64,000 bases of DNA from an uncultured Desulfocapsaceae bacterium. GTDB taxonomy: Bacteria; Desulfobacterota; Desulfobulbia; Desulfobulbales; Desulfocapsaceae. The position numbers and the translations under genes are program-made. The stretch lies in the NCBI GenBank assembly GCA_964583415.1, contig CAZOWJ010000002.1, positions 35,365 to 99,364 of the forward strand, in the 5' to 3' direction. The notes beneath the pieces are model-generated. The model saw nothing but the letters and a program-made list of their open reading frames with translations. It did not search any database and was not told the DNA's origin. Below are positions 38,018 to 47,560 of the stretch, one piece after another (position 1 is the first letter of the stretch; every line of letters starts with the position of its first letter).

Positions 38018-39787
38018 TCAGTCTTTCTGGGGAACTCCCTCGTGGCTCCAGCCTCTTAGTCGGTAATAATCTTGAAGCATGAGTTCCATATCGGCTTCAC
38101 TTAATGATCCGCCTTCCGCCAGGGCTTCTTTATGGAATCGTTTGGGCAGTCGGTCGTCTTCGCTGCTCAATCCTTCCTGAATGTTGAATCGCCGGGTCAT
38201 GGTGGCAATATTTGCAGCGATAGCCTGCAGTTCTTCTATTGAGCGTTTGATACCGGTGACCATTTCCAGGGTATGTTCCAGTTCATCCCAGGAATAGAGA
38301 TCCCGGTAAAAACGGCACAGGGTCAAGGTGTCAAAGATGTTAAGTCGATCCTCATAATCAACGAGCATCTCAGCTTTATCCTCGATCTGGTCGGGGGGAA
38401 TAAGGCCGGACAATTCTGGCTTATAAAACGTGGTTCGCAGGTGACAGGCACCGCGAGGTGATGTACCGAATGTCAGCCCCATACCCTTCAGAACGCGAGG
38501 GTCATAACCGGCTGGTTCAAGTCCCTTGACATGGATGGCAAGGTCTTCAAGGCCCCATTTGCTTGAAGCGCTGATGATCCCGTCTGCCAGGATATTGCCA
38601 ATGCCGTTTCGGGAACCGATTTTTTCGACCAGATCTATGGTCTGGTCCGCATTTCCATACTCGATTTCATAGTCAAGCCGTCCCTGCTCATGTGCCTCCA
38701 TCACTAATCCGCAAAGGTTCCCGGTTGTGATTGTGTCAATGCCCAGCCGATCGCACAAGTCATTGAGGTAGGCAACTTCCTCCATCTCTTTAATCATGCA
38801 GAGGCCACCAAAAGAATAGATTGTCTCATATTCAGGGCCTTCAATTGTTAGCCCCTCATGGCGTCCCTTGCTGATGGTGGCAAGCCGGCCGCAGGCCATA
38901 AAGCATTTTGCACAGGCATGGGGGTGAATTTCATGCTGCTGATGATAGGTTTCACCACTAATCTCTTCAACATGTTCACATGTCCCCTGACTCCAGTATT
39001 TTGCCGGAAAAGCACCGGCATTATTCATCAGGGTGACCATCATTGTCGTGCCCATTTTGCGATAGGCCTTGACGCCGGGATGTTGGGAATTTTCTTTCGA
39101 GAAGGTTTTGGCATATTCAGCAACGCCTTCCTGATCACTGTACCTGCGCGTCTGATTGCCTTGAAAGACCAGAGCCTTTACCAGTTTTGAACCAAGGACC
39201 GCGCCAACCCCTGTCCTTCCGGCACATCTCCATTTGTCATTGGCAATGATGGCAAATTTAACCAGCTTCTCTCCTGCCGGCCCGATTACCACTGCGCCGG
39301 GTTTTCTGAATCCTTCCTTGATTATCCCAAATCGTTTAACAGCCTGTTCCTCGGCGGTAAAGGTTTCCATGCCCCATAGATCGCCTGCGCTGTGGAACTC
39401 AACGCCGTCTGGCTGAATCGACAGCACCGTCGGCTGCTCTGATTTGCCATTTATAATAATGGCGTCAAATCCGGCTGAGTCAATTGATTCGGGAACCTTG
39501 CCTCCGGAGTAAGATTCTGCATAATACCCGGTAAGCGGTGATTTAGTGTAAACTCCATAGCGGCTGCCACCCCAGAGACGGCCACCACAGAAGGGCCCAG
39601 TCGCAATAATAAAGTTGTTCTCAGGGGCCAGGGGATCGACTCCGGGAGGATTTCGTTCAAGCAACAGATGCGTTGCCAACCCCTTTCCACCGATGCATTT
39701 ACTCAGGAGTTCATCGGTAAGGTCTTCGATGATGAAGCTTCTGGTGCTCAAATTGATGGTAAGGATACGGTTGTAATAGCCGTACAT
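38018..39787 (-). CDS. aor: Tungsten-type aldehyde:ferredoxin oxidoreductase
   Basis: The N-terminus MYGYYNRILTINLSTRSF..EDL and length (589 aa) are characteristic of the AOR family. Confidence 0.9.
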   Translation of the reverse strand: MYGYYNRILTINLSTRSFIIEDLTDELLSKCIGGKGLATHLLLERNPPGVDPLAPENNFIIATGPFCGGRLWGGSRYGVYTKSPLTGYYAESYSGGKVPESIDSAGFDAIIINGKSEQPTVLSIQPDGVEFHSAGDLWGMETFTAEEQAVKRFGIIKEGFRKPGAVVIGPAGEKLVKFAIIANDKWRCAGRTGVGAVLGSKLVKALVFQGNQTRRYSDQEGVAEYAKTFSKENSQHPGVKAYRKMGTTMMVTLMNNAGAFPAKYWSQGTCEHVEEISGETYHQQHEIHPHACAKCFMACGRLATISKGRHEGLTIEGPEYETIYSFGGLCMIKEMEEVAYLNDLCDRLGIDTITTGNLCGLVMEAHEQGRLDYEIEYGNADQTIDLVEKIGSRNGIGNILADGIISASSKWGLEDLAIHVKGLEPAGYDPRVLKGMGLTFGTSPRGACHLRTTFYKPELSGLIPPDQIEDKAEMLVDYEDRLNIFDTLTLCRFYRDLYSWDELEHTLEMVTGIKRSIEELQAIAANIATMTRRFNIQEGLSSEDDRLPKRFHKEALAEGGSLSEADMELMLQDYYRLRGWSHEGVPQKD

Positions 39788-39912
39788 AAAAGAGCCTCCT
39801 GTAGATGGAATATATTACCCGCCAGCAGTAACGCCTCATAACGTAATTGTCTTGATCTGAGGCGTTACTACTTACTTAGATTATTTTAAGAACTGAACTG
39901 TGCGTTTATCAG

Positions 39913-41223
39913 TTACCCTTTCAGTGCACCAAAACCTTCATCCAGGATCTGAAGTCCTTTTTGGAGCTGTTCGTCCGTGATGACGAGTGGCATGAGAAAG
40001 CGAAGGACATTTCCATAGGTGCCGCAGTTGAGCATAATGATACCCCGTTCATAACAATAGGCTACCAGGGCTTTTGTCTGTTCGGGTGCAGGCTCCTTGG
40101 TCTGTCTGTCTTTGACGAGTTCCATGGCAATCATAGGTCCGAGTCCTCGAACATCGCCGATAATGTCATATTTTCCCTGGAATTCAAGGAAGGTGCTCTT
40201 AAGCGTCTCACCGAGGACCCTGGCTTTTTCCAGCAGGTTTTCTGATTCCATAATATCAAATACCGCAAGGGCTGCTTCACAGGCAACTGGATTGCCTCCG
40301 TACGTTCCGCCGATTCCTCCCGGATGAACTGCGTCCATAATTTCCTTTTTTCCAACGACAGCGCTGAGCGGCATCCCGGCAGCAAGGCTCTTGGCAACGG
40401 TGGTTATATCGGCTTCCACCCCATAGTATTCCATTGCAAACATATATCCTGTTCTACCGATACCGGTTTGGATTTCATCTGAGATCAGCAGGATACCGTT
40501 GTTGTCGCAAATCTCTTTGAGTTTCTGGAAATATTCTTGTGGCGGGGCAATAAATCCGCCTTCTCCCTGAACCGGCTCGACAATAATTGCTGCGGTCTGC
40601 TCGGCGGCGACATGATTGATGAAGAAATATTCCAGGTGATCGGCACATTCCAGACCGCAACCCGGGTATTCTTTATTGAATGGGCAGCGGTAGCAGTTAG
40701 CAAACGGCATCCGGTAAACCTCAGGAGCATATGGTCCCATGCCGAACTTGTATGGTTTTGATTTTGAGGTCAGCGTCATTCCCATCAGTGTTCGACCGTG
40801 AAAACCGTTGTCAAAGGCAATAATCCCCTGTCTCTTGGTGTAATACCGTGCAATTTTTACGGCATTTTCAACGGCTTCTGCCCCGCTGTTGGCAAACATG
40901 ACCGCTTTGGGTGTATCACCGGGGACTGCATCACATAATTTTTCTGCAAGAGCAACTGAGGACTCATAGGGAGATACCATGAAACAGGTGTGGGTAAACT
41001 TTTCGGCCTGATCCTTGATCGCTTTAACGACCTTCGGGTGTGAATGACCAACGTTCATCACCGCAATACCGCCCGCGAAATCAATGTATTCCTTGCCTTC
41101 CACATCCACAAGAGTTGCTCCACGACCATGAGAAATATAGCAGGGGGTGGCACTGCCTATTCCTTTGGCGATATATTTTGTTCTGGTTTCCTGCAGAGCA
41201 GCGTTTGATTTAGAATTTTCCAT
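39913..41223 (-). CDS. gabT: Class III aminotransferase, 4-aminobutyrate/beta-alanine transaminase type
   Basis: Motifs NSGAEAVE, DEIQTGIGRTG, KSLAAGMPLSAVVG (PLP-Lys) and GGTYGGNP. Confidence 0.85.
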   Translation of the reverse strand: MENSKSNAALQETRTKYIAKGIGSATPCYISHGRGATLVDVEGKEYIDFAGGIAVMNVGHSHPKVVKAIKDQAEKFTHTCFMVSPYESSVALAEKLCDAVPGDTPKAVMFANSGAEAVENAVKIARYYTKRQGIIAFDNGFHGRTLMGMTLTSKSKPYKFGMGPYAPEVYRMPFANCYRCPFNKEYPGCGLECADHLEYFFINHVAAEQTAAIIVEPVQGEGGFIAPPQEYFQKLKEICDNNGILLISDEIQTGIGRTGYMFAMEYYGVEADITTVAKSLAAGMPLSAVVGKKEIMDAVHPGGIGGTYGGNPVACEAALAVFDIMESENLLEKARVLGETLKSTFLEFQGKYDIIGDVRGLGPMIAMELVKDRQTKEPAPEQTKALVAYCYERGIIMLNCGTYGNVLRFLMPLVITDEQLQKGLQILDEGFGALKG

Positions 41224-41334
41224 GTGTTTACCTTTTATAGTAGGAGTTTGTGCTGAAATGGATTGAGGTTAAATAGCTTGAGCATGTTGGTTTTCAACTA
41301 ATGGTTTATTAAAACAGGTAGGTTTTAAATACAA

Positions 41335-41351
41335 TACTCTCAGTGAGAGTA
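41335..41351. promoter_or_regulatory. Palindrome TACTCTCA-g-TGAGAGTA upstream of gabT
   Basis: The 8+1+8 perfect inverted repeat lies ~110 nt upstream of the gabT start. The loop is too short for a simple terminator, so a protein-binding site is more likely. Confidence 0.3.
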
Positions 41352-41432
41352 ACAAGTGTTTTTTTAAGGTTCCGCGGTTATCTTGTCAAATCAGGGATGA
41401 GCTGACTCCTGATCAGATGGTGTGCCTGAATG

Positions 41433-42854
41433 CTACTGGCTTTTTTCTGTCTCAGTTTCTTGATGTTTCACAGGTTCATCTGTGCGCTCATTTTTGCCAG
41501 AGCTCGAGTTGGTCGCCGCCTGAACGGCCTCTGCACTTACTTTGCCCCCGAAACTGTCAGGGGTGATGGTACCCAACACAGCTTCAATTACTATGTTAGG
41601 AGTTATTGATTGCGGCGGCAGTGAGGGCATGAGTTTGTCTGATTCTCTGGAGTGGTGGAGAAAACCAGCTGAAACGAGGGTATCTCTTGCTTCCTCAAGC
41701 TGTTCGAGGGTGTAGTCAGGGTATTCCTTGCTGACACTATCGAGATCAACACCATTGTTATCCTGAAAACTTTTTTTAATCGCTGAGCATAGGTCAAGAG
41801 CAGCACTGAGTTTGATTGATGGAGCATCGTTTTTTACGATCAGTTGGTAACGATCATTTTTTTCTATGGCATATGCCACCTGGGCACCGAGTAAGACAAA
41901 AAGCCAGCCGAAATATATCCAGACCAGAAACAGTGGCACAGTAGCAAAAGAGCCATATATGGCATTGTATTTTGCTACCCCGATCTGAAGACCGATGTAG
42001 ATATTCTGGGTAATGAACCACAGGGTACCGGCAAGTACTGCTCCGATAAGTGTCGGTATCGCCTTCGGTTTGGTATTAGGAAAAAACAGATAAACAATAT
42101 AGAGGGTTATGCTGAGGAAAAAGACAGGAACACCTTTGAGCAGAACGAGTTGTATCCAGTGTATCGGAAGATATTTATCTATATGAATAGCAAGAGATTG
42201 GCTTTCAACGATAGTACCTGCTGCCAGGGCGACATTGATAGAGATCGGCATCAATACCATCAGGGTCAGGTAATCGGTAACCTTTCTTATGAGGGACCGG
42301 CCGGCCTCCACTTGCCAGATTGTATTCATCGCAGCTTCAATATGATTTAAGACCAGGATAACCGAGAGAAAGATACCAAGCATACCAAAGGTACCCAGCG
42401 TGGCGAAACTGGTCCGGTCGACGTAATCAAACAGTTGGTCTGCTGCAGAACGCAAGTGGGCTATCAGTCCTGCTGACTCATCTTCTGTTGACGAAATGGA
42501 CGGTGGTCCGGTATCGTTTTTTTTATCTGGAACCTCGAGGTCCAACGGTGGACTCTGCTCAAGCGTGTCTATATACTTATAAACCACCTCCCGTAATTGA
42601 TTTCCACCACCAAGTCCCTTTATGACCGCAGTGCTCATTGCGAGCATTGGCACCATCGATAAAAGGATCGTGTAGGTGAGGGCGCCGGACCGAAGAGAGA
42701 GGTTGTTTAACTCAAACTCACGTATGGTAATCAGTAAGATTCGAAACAGTTTGTGAACCCATACGGCCAGGAGATTTTGTTTCACCGGGGGCGTATCTAC
42801 CCATCTGGTGATTGAATCCAAACTCATAGTATTTTTCGGTTGATTTAAGGTCAT
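41433..42854 (-). CDS. YihY/BrkB-family inner-membrane protein with a soluble C-terminal extension
   Basis: About 6 TM helices with the LRSGALTYTILLSMVPMLA motif, plus a ~130-aa hydrophilic tail. Confidence 0.8.
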   Translation of the reverse strand: MTLNQPKNTMSLDSITRWVDTPPVKQNLLAVWVHKLFRILLITIREFELNNLSLRSGALTYTILLSMVPMLAMSTAVIKGLGGGNQLREVVYKYIDTLEQSPPLDLEVPDKKNDTGPPSISSTEDESAGLIAHLRSAADQLFDYVDRTSFATLGTFGMLGIFLSVILVLNHIEAAMNTIWQVEAGRSLIRKVTDYLTLMVLMPISINVALAAGTIVESQSLAIHIDKYLPIHWIQLVLLKGVPVFFLSITLYIVYLFFPNTKPKAIPTLIGAVLAGTLWFITQNIYIGLQIGVAKYNAIYGSFATVPLFLVWIYFGWLFVLLGAQVAYAIEKNDRYQLIVKNDAPSIKLSAALDLCSAIKKSFQDNNGVDLDSVSKEYPDYTLEQLEEARDTLVSAGFLHHSRESDKLMPSLPPQSITPNIVIEAVLGTITPDSFGGKVSAEAVQAATNSSSGKNERTDEPVKHQETETEKSQ

Positions 42855-42980
42855 AATGTCGAGTAACCAGGATAGATGTTTATCTTGGGTTCCAGGTGTT
42901 CGGTCTCAATGACTGGTATTGCTTTTATAACACTGCTTCGTTATTACTGCAATTTTGTGTTGGCAGGGGGCATATCCTTG

Positions 42981-43349
42981 TCAGACTGTGTGAGGCACCT
43001 CCCGTTTTGTAACAGCCTCTGATTTGACCCGATCAAGAAGTTCTGCCAGAACTGGTTTGACGTTTTCCCTGATGTCGCCGGCGACTATGATAAAAAGCAG
43101 ATCGTCACCGGGGAAAAGCATCCCTTCGTTAGCCTCAATAATGATTTCATAGATACCTTCATGCTGTAAAAATTCGTCGCGCAGGGTCTCGATTTTATGA
43201 TGATCCGGCAGGACTTCTATACTCTGTACCGCTGACCGGTCCTTTCTTGACCATGAGCGGACGGTACCATTGTGAATAAGCAGCATGCCGACATTCTGAG
43301 AAAAATCCGGGCGGGATTTTAGCTCTGCAATTGTTTTACCCATGTCCAT
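42981..43349 (-). CDS. MoaE-like protein (molybdopterin synthase large-subunit fold)
   Basis: GMLLIHNGTVRSWSR...GMLFPGDDLLFIIVAGDIRENVKPVLAELLDRVKSEAVTKRE parallels the MoaE pattern G.V..F.G.VR ... GD.I..V.V...HR..AF.A...D.LK....WK.E. The HR is replaced by IR. Confidence 0.45.
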   Translation of the reverse strand: MDMGKTIAELKSRPDFSQNVGMLLIHNGTVRSWSRKDRSAVQSIEVLPDHHKIETLRDEFLQHEGIYEIIIEANEGMLFPGDDLLFIIVAGDIRENVKPVLAELLDRVKSEAVTKREVPHTV

Positions 43350-43401
43350 ATGTTGTCTTCCTGTTGTCTGTGACAGCAGTATATTTACTGTCATATTTTT
43401 T

Positions 43402-45300
43402 CTAAATTTCCTTAACTACAGGGACCTGCAGGCTGCTTGATAACTCGAGTCGGTTAAAGTTCAGCTTGTCGTTGTATTTTTTCAATAACCAGAGGGGCAA
43501 ATCAAATTTTTTATGGCAAAGATCCCAGATTGTATCCCCATTTGAAACCTGATAGGTTGTTACGTCCACAACGGTATAGGAGTCAAAGAAATCTTCCTGG
43601 ATTTCCTGGTGAAAATCGAATCGAAGAGCTTCAAAATCATCGGCCCTTACATTGAGGAATTCCAGGACAATCTTCTGGCCCGGATAAATGTCTTTATTCA
43701 GGGTAATATTGTTGCTCAGCCGAATTGCCTCAGGTGTAACTTTTAACCAGTCTGCAAAGAGTCCGATTGACTCGTCCGGTTGTACTTCGACAATACCGGT
43801 GTCGAGATCTGCTTTCTTATGATGCTTAAGAACTTTGAGATTCCCTGAAACTGCAAGGTTTTCTTCAATGTGACGGGCAGAAGGTTTCGGTGAACTTTTC
43901 TTTGAGTCTTTCAAAACGATGCCTGTTGATTGTTGCGGTGTAACATTCTGAGTCTCTGTATATGGCGCAAGAGAAGAGGGTATCCTGAGATTCTGTCCAA
44001 CCCGGATAAACCCCTGCCCGTTGAGATGATTGGCCTGGATGAGGTTGTTGAGTGGAATCTTGTGAGCTGCTGCGATGGCGCCTGCGGTATCACCTGGACG
44101 CACCTGGTAAAATCTGCTCCGTTTCTGGCTTTTACTGAAAATTGATGCCGGCGCACCGCTGAGAAGTGAGCTGTTGTTAAAACGGTTCGGCAGTTTGAGC
44201 ATATACCCTTTGGGAATATATTTGGTTCCGTCAAAGACCGGTGTCCTTAAGGAAGGGTTGTAATGCTTCAATTGGTCTGTGCTGACACCAAGATAGGAAC
44301 AAAGTTTTGATGCGTTGACGTATGCCGGCATCTTTACAGCAACAGCAGCAAGAGGCTTGTCAAACCGAACTGATCCTCCACGCTCCTGTACTTTTGCGAC
44401 CCTTACTGCAGCAAGAAATTCCGAATAAAAATTTCTTGAGGCAAATTTGAAGTATCCTTTTTGATAATTTTTAAAAATATTTACATAACTGCCTTCCTGA
44501 TTCAATGCCCGCTTCATTCCTGCCGCACCATAATTATAGGCTGTAAGTGCCAGCGGCCATGAGCCGAGACGCTTATAATTTCTTTTAAGGAGCCTGGCGG
44601 CAGCGTCTGCAGAAATAATCGGATCTCTCCGTTCATCAATAATATAGTCAATGCGCATGAACTCTTTACCGGTAGCCCTGGTAAACTGCCACATTCCCGA
44701 GGCCCCGAACTTACTGAAGGCGTTCGGATTAAAGGAGGACTCGACGTGGGGCAGGTAGGCCAGGTCTTCCGGGAGGCCGTAGTTCCTGAAGATCTGTTTT
44801 ATTCTTCCCATGTACGCCCCGGAACGACCAACACCTTCAGAAAACCGCTCTCTCAATCCGGTCTGTGCTCGGATATTCTCGGCAGCTTCTCTATATTTTT
44901 CTGGAGAGTGTTGTGCACCGAAGAGTGCAGCTACCCGCTTTTCTTCAGGTGATACGGGCTTTTTTTTATTTGCCAGGGCGTTAAGCAGACTCGCGTAATA
45001 TTTCTTTACCTGCTTAATTTGTCGACTATTTTGTTTCCGAGACCCGGGGACTTTCAGGTCTTGAAGGGCAACAGTGCTGTATACGCGGCTCAGGTTGTCC
45101 TGGTCATGAATAATTGCGGTATTAACCGAGTAGGTTGAGTATACTTTTTCCCAGAATGTAATATTTGACTCAATCGCCTGATAGCCTGGAAACAAATCAG
45201 GGTCTGCTTTTGCATCTGACAAGTGAGGCATGAAATAACCTGTCATCAGAATGATAAAGAAAAGATATCGAGCAGAGAGTAGTTGAGATCGAGACGTCAT
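43402..45300 (-). CDS. mltD: Membrane-bound lytic murein transglycosylase D-like (SLT domain plus LysM repeats)
   Basis: SLT motifs PHVESSFNPNAFSKFGASGMWQF and AYNYG. LysM repeats YQVRPGDTAGAIAA... and YQVSNGDTIWDL.... Signal peptide after M at 45300. Confidence 0.85.
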   Translation of the reverse strand: MTSRSQLLSARYLFFIILMTGYFMPHLSDAKADPDLFPGYQAIESNITFWEKVYSTYSVNTAIIHDQDNLSRVYSTVALQDLKVPGSRKQNSRQIKQVKKYYASLLNALANKKKPVSPEEKRVAALFGAQHSPEKYREAAENIRAQTGLRERFSEGVGRSGAYMGRIKQIFRNYGLPEDLAYLPHVESSFNPNAFSKFGASGMWQFTRATGKEFMRIDYIIDERRDPIISADAAARLLKRNYKRLGSWPLALTAYNYGAAGMKRALNQEGSYVNIFKNYQKGYFKFASRNFYSEFLAAVRVAKVQERGGSVRFDKPLAAVAVKMPAYVNASKLCSYLGVSTDQLKHYNPSLRTPVFDGTKYIPKGYMLKLPNRFNNSSLLSGAPASIFSKSQKRSRFYQVRPGDTAGAIAAAHKIPLNNLIQANHLNGQGFIRVGQNLRIPSSLAPYTETQNVTPQQSTGIVLKDSKKSSPKPSARHIEENLAVSGNLKVLKHHKKADLDTGIVEVQPDESIGLFADWLKVTPEAIRLSNNITLNKDIYPGQKIVLEFLNVRADDFEALRFDFHQEIQEDFFDSYTVVDVTTYQVSNGDTIWDLCHKKFDLPLWLLKKYNDKLNFNRLELSSSLQVPVVKEI

Positions 45301-45420
45301 GGTAATAGGTGTGTGTGCGCTCCCTCTGTATTCGTTCGCATGGGGATGGTACATTAGTTGTGATCGTTGTCAATTTGGATGATCAGGATAATTTACTGCA
45401 TAATATTGAAATGACAAGGA

Positions 45421-45912
45421 GTGAGTGTGTATACACCAATATTGGCAACACTGGGGTATATTTTATCCCCTGACAGGCAGAAAACGTTGCTTGTCCATCG
45501 TAATAAACGACAAAACGATCAGCACCTGGGTAAATATAACGGGCTTGGCGGCAAGATGGAATCAGGTGAAGATATCCAGCAGTGCATCTGCCGTGAAATT
45601 AAAGAGGAAGCCGGTATTATATGCGAAAAGCTTGTGCTGAGAGGAACGATCAACTGGACAGGTTTTGGTCCCAACGGTGAGGATTGGTTCGGCTTCATCT
45701 ATCGAGTTGATCAGTTCAGGGGCACCCCGCCCAGCAGTAATGAGGAGGGGGAGCTGGTATGGTATCCGGTCAAAGATATCCTAAACCTTCCGATGTGGGA
45801 GGGTGATAAATATTTTCTGCCGCTTGTTTTTGATGATGATCCTCGAGTGTTTCACGGTTATATGCCGTACGACGGAGACAAACCTTTACGTTGGAAATTT
45901 TCCCGAAGTTAA
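45421..45912 (+). CDS. NUDIX hydrolase (MutT-like)
   Basis: Nudix box GLGGKMESGEDIQQCICREIKEEAGI. Confidence 0.8.
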   Translation: MSVYTPILATLGYILSPDRQKTLLVHRNKRQNDQHLGKYNGLGGKMESGEDIQQCICREIKEEAGIICEKLVLRGTINWTGFGPNGEDWFGFIYRVDQFRGTPPSSNEEGELVWYPVKDILNLPMWEGDKYFLPLVFDDDPRVFHGYMPYDGDKPLRWKFSRS

Positions 45913-46012
45913 AAGAAATAGTATGGCTGTCATTACGGTCTATTGATGTTGCGTGGTTCTACCACCATGGTATAGTTATCCCATAATATTATTTGAAACC
46001 AGAGGATTAAAA

Positions 46013-46402
46013 ATGGAATATGAGAGTGAAATCAGGCGCCTTGAAGATATTGTAGAGCGCCTGCTTGAAGGGTATACAGGATTAAAGACAGAGATCAGAC
46101 AGAAGGAGCAGGAGGTTCAGGCGCAGAAAAATGAAAATGATCAGTTGCGTCAACAGGTTGAAGCGATGGAGTCGGAACGTGGTGATCTTGGTGGCCGGGT
46201 CAGCACTTTAATTGATCGAATCGAGACCTGGGAGTCTGAGCTCGAGGGGGCTGAATTTGAAGGTGAAAACTCAGCTGACCTTGCCGATGAGCACGGTTCT
46301 GTCTCTGAGGAGTCAGAAGAGCAGGCGGATGACCATGATGATGAGGAAGCTGGAGGGGGAGTTCAGGGAAGCCTGTTCACTTCGAATTCAACCACTCGAT
46401 AA
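46013..46402 (+). CDS. ZapB-like coiled-coil protein with an acidic tail
   Basis: Coiled coil (LEDIVERLLEGYTGLKTEIRQKEQEVQAQKNENDQLRQQVEAME) immediately upstream of zapA. RBS AGAGGA. Confidence 0.5.
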   Translation: MEYESEIRRLEDIVERLLEGYTGLKTEIRQKEQEVQAQKNENDQLRQQVEAMESERGDLGGRVSTLIDRIETWESELEGAEFEGENSADLADEHGSVSEESEEQADDHDDEEAGGGVQGSLFTSNSTTR

Positions 46403-46458
46403 AATCTGAGTAAAAAAGGACAGTTCTGCACAAAAACTAACCGGAGGGAAGTCTATTC

Positions 46459-46761
46459 ATGCCCGATGCGGAACGATTGGTCAAATTCAGTCTTTTAGGA
46501 CAGGACTTTGCTTTTTATACTGGTGCTTCAGATGAGGAAATGGAGGCGATTCTCGATCTTGTCCGTCAGCAGGTTGAAGACAGCAGCAATGAATCTGGAA
46601 AGACGATACAGGTTACCAAGGTCGCAGTTATGGCGTGCCTCAATCTTGCTTCGAGGTATGTCAGGCTGAAGCAGGACTTTGATGATTATCGGTTGGGAAG
46701 TGAAGCACGTCTTGGCATATTGTGTGAAAAAATAGAACACCACTTTATCGCGGAAAAATAG
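46459..46761 (+). CDS. zapA: Cell division protein ZapA
   Basis: VKFSLLGQDFAFYTG...KVAVMACLNLASRYVRL is the typical ZapA core. 100 aa. Confidence 0.8.
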   Translation: MPDAERLVKFSLLGQDFAFYTGASDEEMEAILDLVRQQVEDSSNESGKTIQVTKVAVMACLNLASRYVRLKQDFDDYRLGSEARLGILCEKIEHHFIAEK

Positions 46762-47384
46762 TTGGAATAGAGTTTTTAGCTGCTGTTTCTACTGAATTCT
46801 GATACTATAAATCTAGATAATTTTTTTACGTGTTAGCGGGTTTTCTGATAATCAGTAGAAGGATATAACCGAAAGGCCTCGTTGGTGCTCAGATATCTGG
46901 GCAAATGCCGGGGCGGCAGGTTTTTCCCTGCGCTGTTGGTGATCTGTAGTGTTGTTGAGCCAACTCTCCTAAAAAGGGCGCTACCACTGTCCTCGAATGG
47001 GAAATTGAACAATTTCCCAGATGTTGATATGCGGCACCCACCTATTTCGATAGGTTTAACTTGTCCTATAGACACGGCAGGGTGGGGAAAATCTTTTTGT
47101 ACACAATGTTCGGGCGGATGCTGGACATTGTTTAATATATGGGCAGTTCATGAACGCTCTGGGGTTCGTTACTGCCTCGTGTTGCAAAACCAAGAAACAT
47201 TACAAAAGCGGGAAAAACGCTTAGCAGACGGTAAAGAAACCTGACAGGTTGTTTGCCAGTTGAAAATGAGCGATGCATGTTCCTAACCGGGCTCTGCTAT
47301 CGTTTCAGCGACTGGATAAAGATAAATGGTGATTAAAAGCACCGATGGTTTTGCTGTCGGTGTGCTGTATTTGAACAGTAAGCA

Positions 47385-47416
47385 CTGCAGATAGCTATTA
47401 TTCTGTAGTTTTTTTT
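47385..47416 (+). terminator. Rho-independent terminator inside the zapA-rny spacer
   Basis: CTGCAGA-10 nt-TCTGTAG (7 bp including one G-U) followed by T8. A TATAAT box follows at about 47449. Confidence 0.55.
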
Positions 47417-47560
47417 GTGAAATGCCTGAGAGTTCATGCGGCCGGGTATAATCCTATCTTCCTGTCAATTCCCCAATCAGTAGATCGGGCAAGGTCTCTT
47501 CTTCCTGAAAACCGTCTATCCCTGTTGTAATCTTTCAAGACCAAAAGGATCTCGGTAGTT

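Noticed and set aside
41335-41364. The TACTCTCA-g-TGAGAGTA palindrome followed by T7 could be a rho-independent terminator.
   Set aside because: The 1-nt loop makes a full hairpin impossible. The T-run is separated from the palindrome by 6 nt, and no plus-strand gene ends upstream. I kept it only as a possible protein-binding site.
46882-47244. A 120-aa ORF (non-ATG start) sits in the zapA-rny spacer.
   Set aside because: It has no RBS and a Cys/Trp/Arg-rich composition unlike neighbouring genes. It overlaps an equally long antisense ORF, so the region is better explained as non-coding or RNA.
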